DNA of 64,000 nt, taken from the NCBI GenBank assembly GCA_976551045.1, contig CDPCPM010000061.1, positions 1,364,001-1,428,000 of the forward strand, given 5' to 3'. Shown in pieces: positions 61,739-64,000 of the stretch (position 1 is its first letter; each line of letters opens with the position of its first letter). A model generated the notes under the pieces. It was not told the DNA's origin. It did not search any database and saw nothing but the letters and a program-made list of their open reading frames with translations. The DNA is from Glaucostegus cemiculus. Taxonomy: Eukaryota. The translations under genes were made by a program, and so were the position numbers.

Positions 61739-62394
61739 CATTGAAAATTCATCATAGTTTATTTAAAAGGGGGGGTTGGGGTGAGAGTGGTCCATTTGTT
61801 ACTATGCAGTAGCTGGAGCTTGATACCATAAGTATTAGAGCAACAATCTGAGGGAAATACAGGCCTGGCTTCAATCGTCAATAAATTGAGACTGACCGTC
61901 AACATTTGTCACAGTGGGAAATTCCACTCTGATCCTCTTCACTTAAAATCGCTGATATATAATTTTAAAAAGATAACAAGAAATTGAACCAGTTTTGAAG
62001 AAATAAAAAGAGGCAAAACATTTATTTCAAATACTTGGAACAGTTTATGGTTTCTACGTTAATATGGGCAATAGTCTTCACAGAGCTGAGTGTCTATTTA
62101 ACAGCAAGAGTTTACATGCCATCTTCCACAACCTCAGCCTTACACAAACACAGCCCATTAAAAAAAAGCACTATTACAGCCAATGTAGCCCTTAGATTGT
62201 GGTGGCTGTTGTAACGTAGGGGAAACAGCAGCCAACTTGCACGCAGCAACATCCCACAAAAGAGAACGTGACAGTGACGAGTTTCAGCAGTGTCGGTTCA
62301 TCCCCTCAGTCCTGAAATGGATGATCAGTCCAGATCCTGTCCTAGTCCTAAGGCCATACAGCACAGAAACAGGCCCTTCGGCCTTCTAACCCCC

Positions 62395-62785
62395 ACGTCT
62401 TTGGAGAGAAGGAGGATGAGAGGGGTCTTGATAGAGGTGTACAAGACGACAAGAGGCATAGACTGAGCAGACAGAGACTTTTTCCCAGGGCGACAATGGC
62501 TAACACGAGGGGACATAATTTTAAGGTGATTGGAGGAAGGTATAAGGGGGATGTCAGGGGTAAGTTTTTTTACACAGAGAGTGGTGGGTGTGTGGAACTC
62601 ACTGCCGGCAGAGGTTGTGGGGGCAGATACTTTAGGGACATTTAAGAGACTCTTAGACATGAATGATAGAAAAATAGGGGGCTATGTGGAGGGAAGGGTT
62701 AGATAGATCTTAGAGCAGGATAAAATGTCAGCACAACAGTGTGGGCCGAAGGGCCTGTACTGTGCTGTAGTGTTCTATGTTCTAA
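62395..62785 (+). mobile_element. CR1 LINE 3' end, preceded by a short inverted tail piece (about 62350-62390)
   Basis: Near-identical to 41595-41918. Confidence 0.9.
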
Positions 62786-63079
62786 ACCAACCATTGATCT
62801 ATACTAATCCCATTCACCTGTGTGGGATTTGAACCTACAACTTTTCAGTGAGGGCAGAGAGTAGCACCGAACAACACTGTGTGGTGAAAGATATTGAATA
62901 CTGTGTTTTGGATCATGTAATCAGAATCATATTGCCTGAACCAAGATCTGGCTAGTGTAATAAATCCATCAATCAGGGACCATTCCCCACAATGGCAATT
63001 GGGGAACTTAGGTTCTATCAGTAACAATGACCATGAAACAACTGGATTGTCGTAAAAACCTATCTGGTTCACCACTGTC

Positions 63080-63221
63080 TCAAAATGCTGGAAACACACA
63101 GCAGGTCAGGTAGCATCTGTGGAAAGAGAACAAGAGTTAACATTTCACTTATCGGATCTTGTTAACTCTGCTTCTCTTCCCACAGATGCTGCCTGACCTG
63201 CTGAGTATTTCCAGCATTTGT
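63080..63221. mobile_element. Palindromic Penelope-terminus-derived element with the centre deleted or replaced
   Basis: aaatgctggaaa...cagcaggtcaggtagcatctgtggaa pairs with ttccacagatgctgcctgacctgctg...tttccagcattt. Confidence 0.78.
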
Positions 63222-63461
63222 TTTTTTTTACAGCGTGGTAACAGGCCCTTTCAGCCCTCTGAGTCCACGCCACCCATTTTTAACCCCCAAATTAACCTAC
63301 CCGTACGTCTTTCAGAATGTGGGAGGAAACCGGAGCACCCGGAGGAAACCCACGCAGACACGGGAGAACGTACAAACTCCTTACAGACAGCGATGAGAAT
63401 CGAACCCCGATCGCTGGCGCTGTAACAGCGTCGCGCTAACCGCTACGCTATCGTGCTGCCC
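63222..63461 (-). mobile_element. Young, CpG-rich V-SINE with CR1-like tail
   Basis: Full tRNA-like head and V-domain on the minus strand; most CpGs are retained. Confidence 0.9.
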
Positions 63462-64000
63462 AAATAAAATGGCTATAGCTTTTTTTAGGGTTTTTTTTAC
63501 GGAGAATTTAGGAAGATTGTCATCAAGAGATTTGTCAAAGAAGAGAATTTTCACATGGTTGGAAGAGGAGGAGGAGAGGTGTTTGTGGGAAGGATGGGTG
63601 TGTGCAGGGGAAATGTCAGACTAGGGTGCTGCAGCATTTAGAAACATGATTGAGAATGATGGAATAATAGGGTGTAAAGGGAATGGAATTTTGATTTTGC
63701 CCTCAGGATGTAAACGTTGCTGACAAGGCCAACGTTCATTGCAAATTCCTAAATTCCCCGAGCAGAGTAGTTTGTTAAGCTGTTTATGACGGTAGTTAGG
63801 AATTAATTATGTCGTTGTACGTGAAGTCACAGAGAGAGCAGACTGGCTAAGAGTGGAAGATGCCCTCCTCTGAAGGACATTTGTGAACCAGGCGGGTTTT
63901 CATAAACAAGCAGCAGTCTTGTCTTCACCACTATTGAGACTGAAGGCCAGAAATGCAGCAGGTTTCACTACCACAGCAACAAACAATCTCCTGGAGGAAC

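Larger units (their letters stand above)
60472..62149. repeat. 111-bp inverted repeat pair (60472-60582 / 62039-62149)
   Basis: Manual ungapped alignment gives 100/111 identity between the left arm and the reverse complement of the right arm. Confidence 0.92.

Noticed and set aside
63222-63461. tRNA gene (also the heads at 14844, 25099 and 61442)
   Set aside because: The A/B-box heads run directly into the V-SINE core and tail, so these are SINEs, not tRNA genes.
55247-64000. Final KCNMA1 exon encoding RKEMVYR / EKKWFTDEPDN...VEDEC
   Set aside because: No matching sequence seen. Near-matches at about 57601 and 59625 (gaaatgg) do not continue in either expected frame.

Overview
This is vertebrate genomic DNA, very likely from a cartilaginous fish (shark/ray), judged from its repeat complement of V-SINEs, a Deu-type SINE, CR1, Rex1/Babar and Penelope-like elements. 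The whole window lies inside the 3' part of KCNMA1 (Slo1/BK Ca2+-activated K+ channel alpha subunit) on the + strand. Seven exons are identifiable with canonical AG/GT ends and compatible phases: the RCK2 exon before the Ca bowl (114 nt), the Ca27-type cassette (84 nt), the Ca-bowl exon (131 nt), then 195, 119 and 225 nt exons (the last with a read-through tail), and the 29-nt C-terminal switch mini-exon. The preceding exon and the final EMVYR/VEDEC exon were not found and probably lie outside the window. Introns are packed with retroelement fragments; repeat boundaries given here are approximate. The most interesting observations are: (1) a Penelope-like element with a decayed minimal hammerhead ribozyme, plus a dispersed family of short, often palindromic derivatives of that terminus; (2) an apparently frameshifted QEERL-type C-terminus, plus a candidate extra in-frame cassette exon in the tail region and another next to the Ca bowl; (3) a Ca27 exon whose 3' end nearly duplicates the previous exon; (4) a 111-bp intronic inverted duplication; (5) V-SINEs carrying two different LINE-derived tails.
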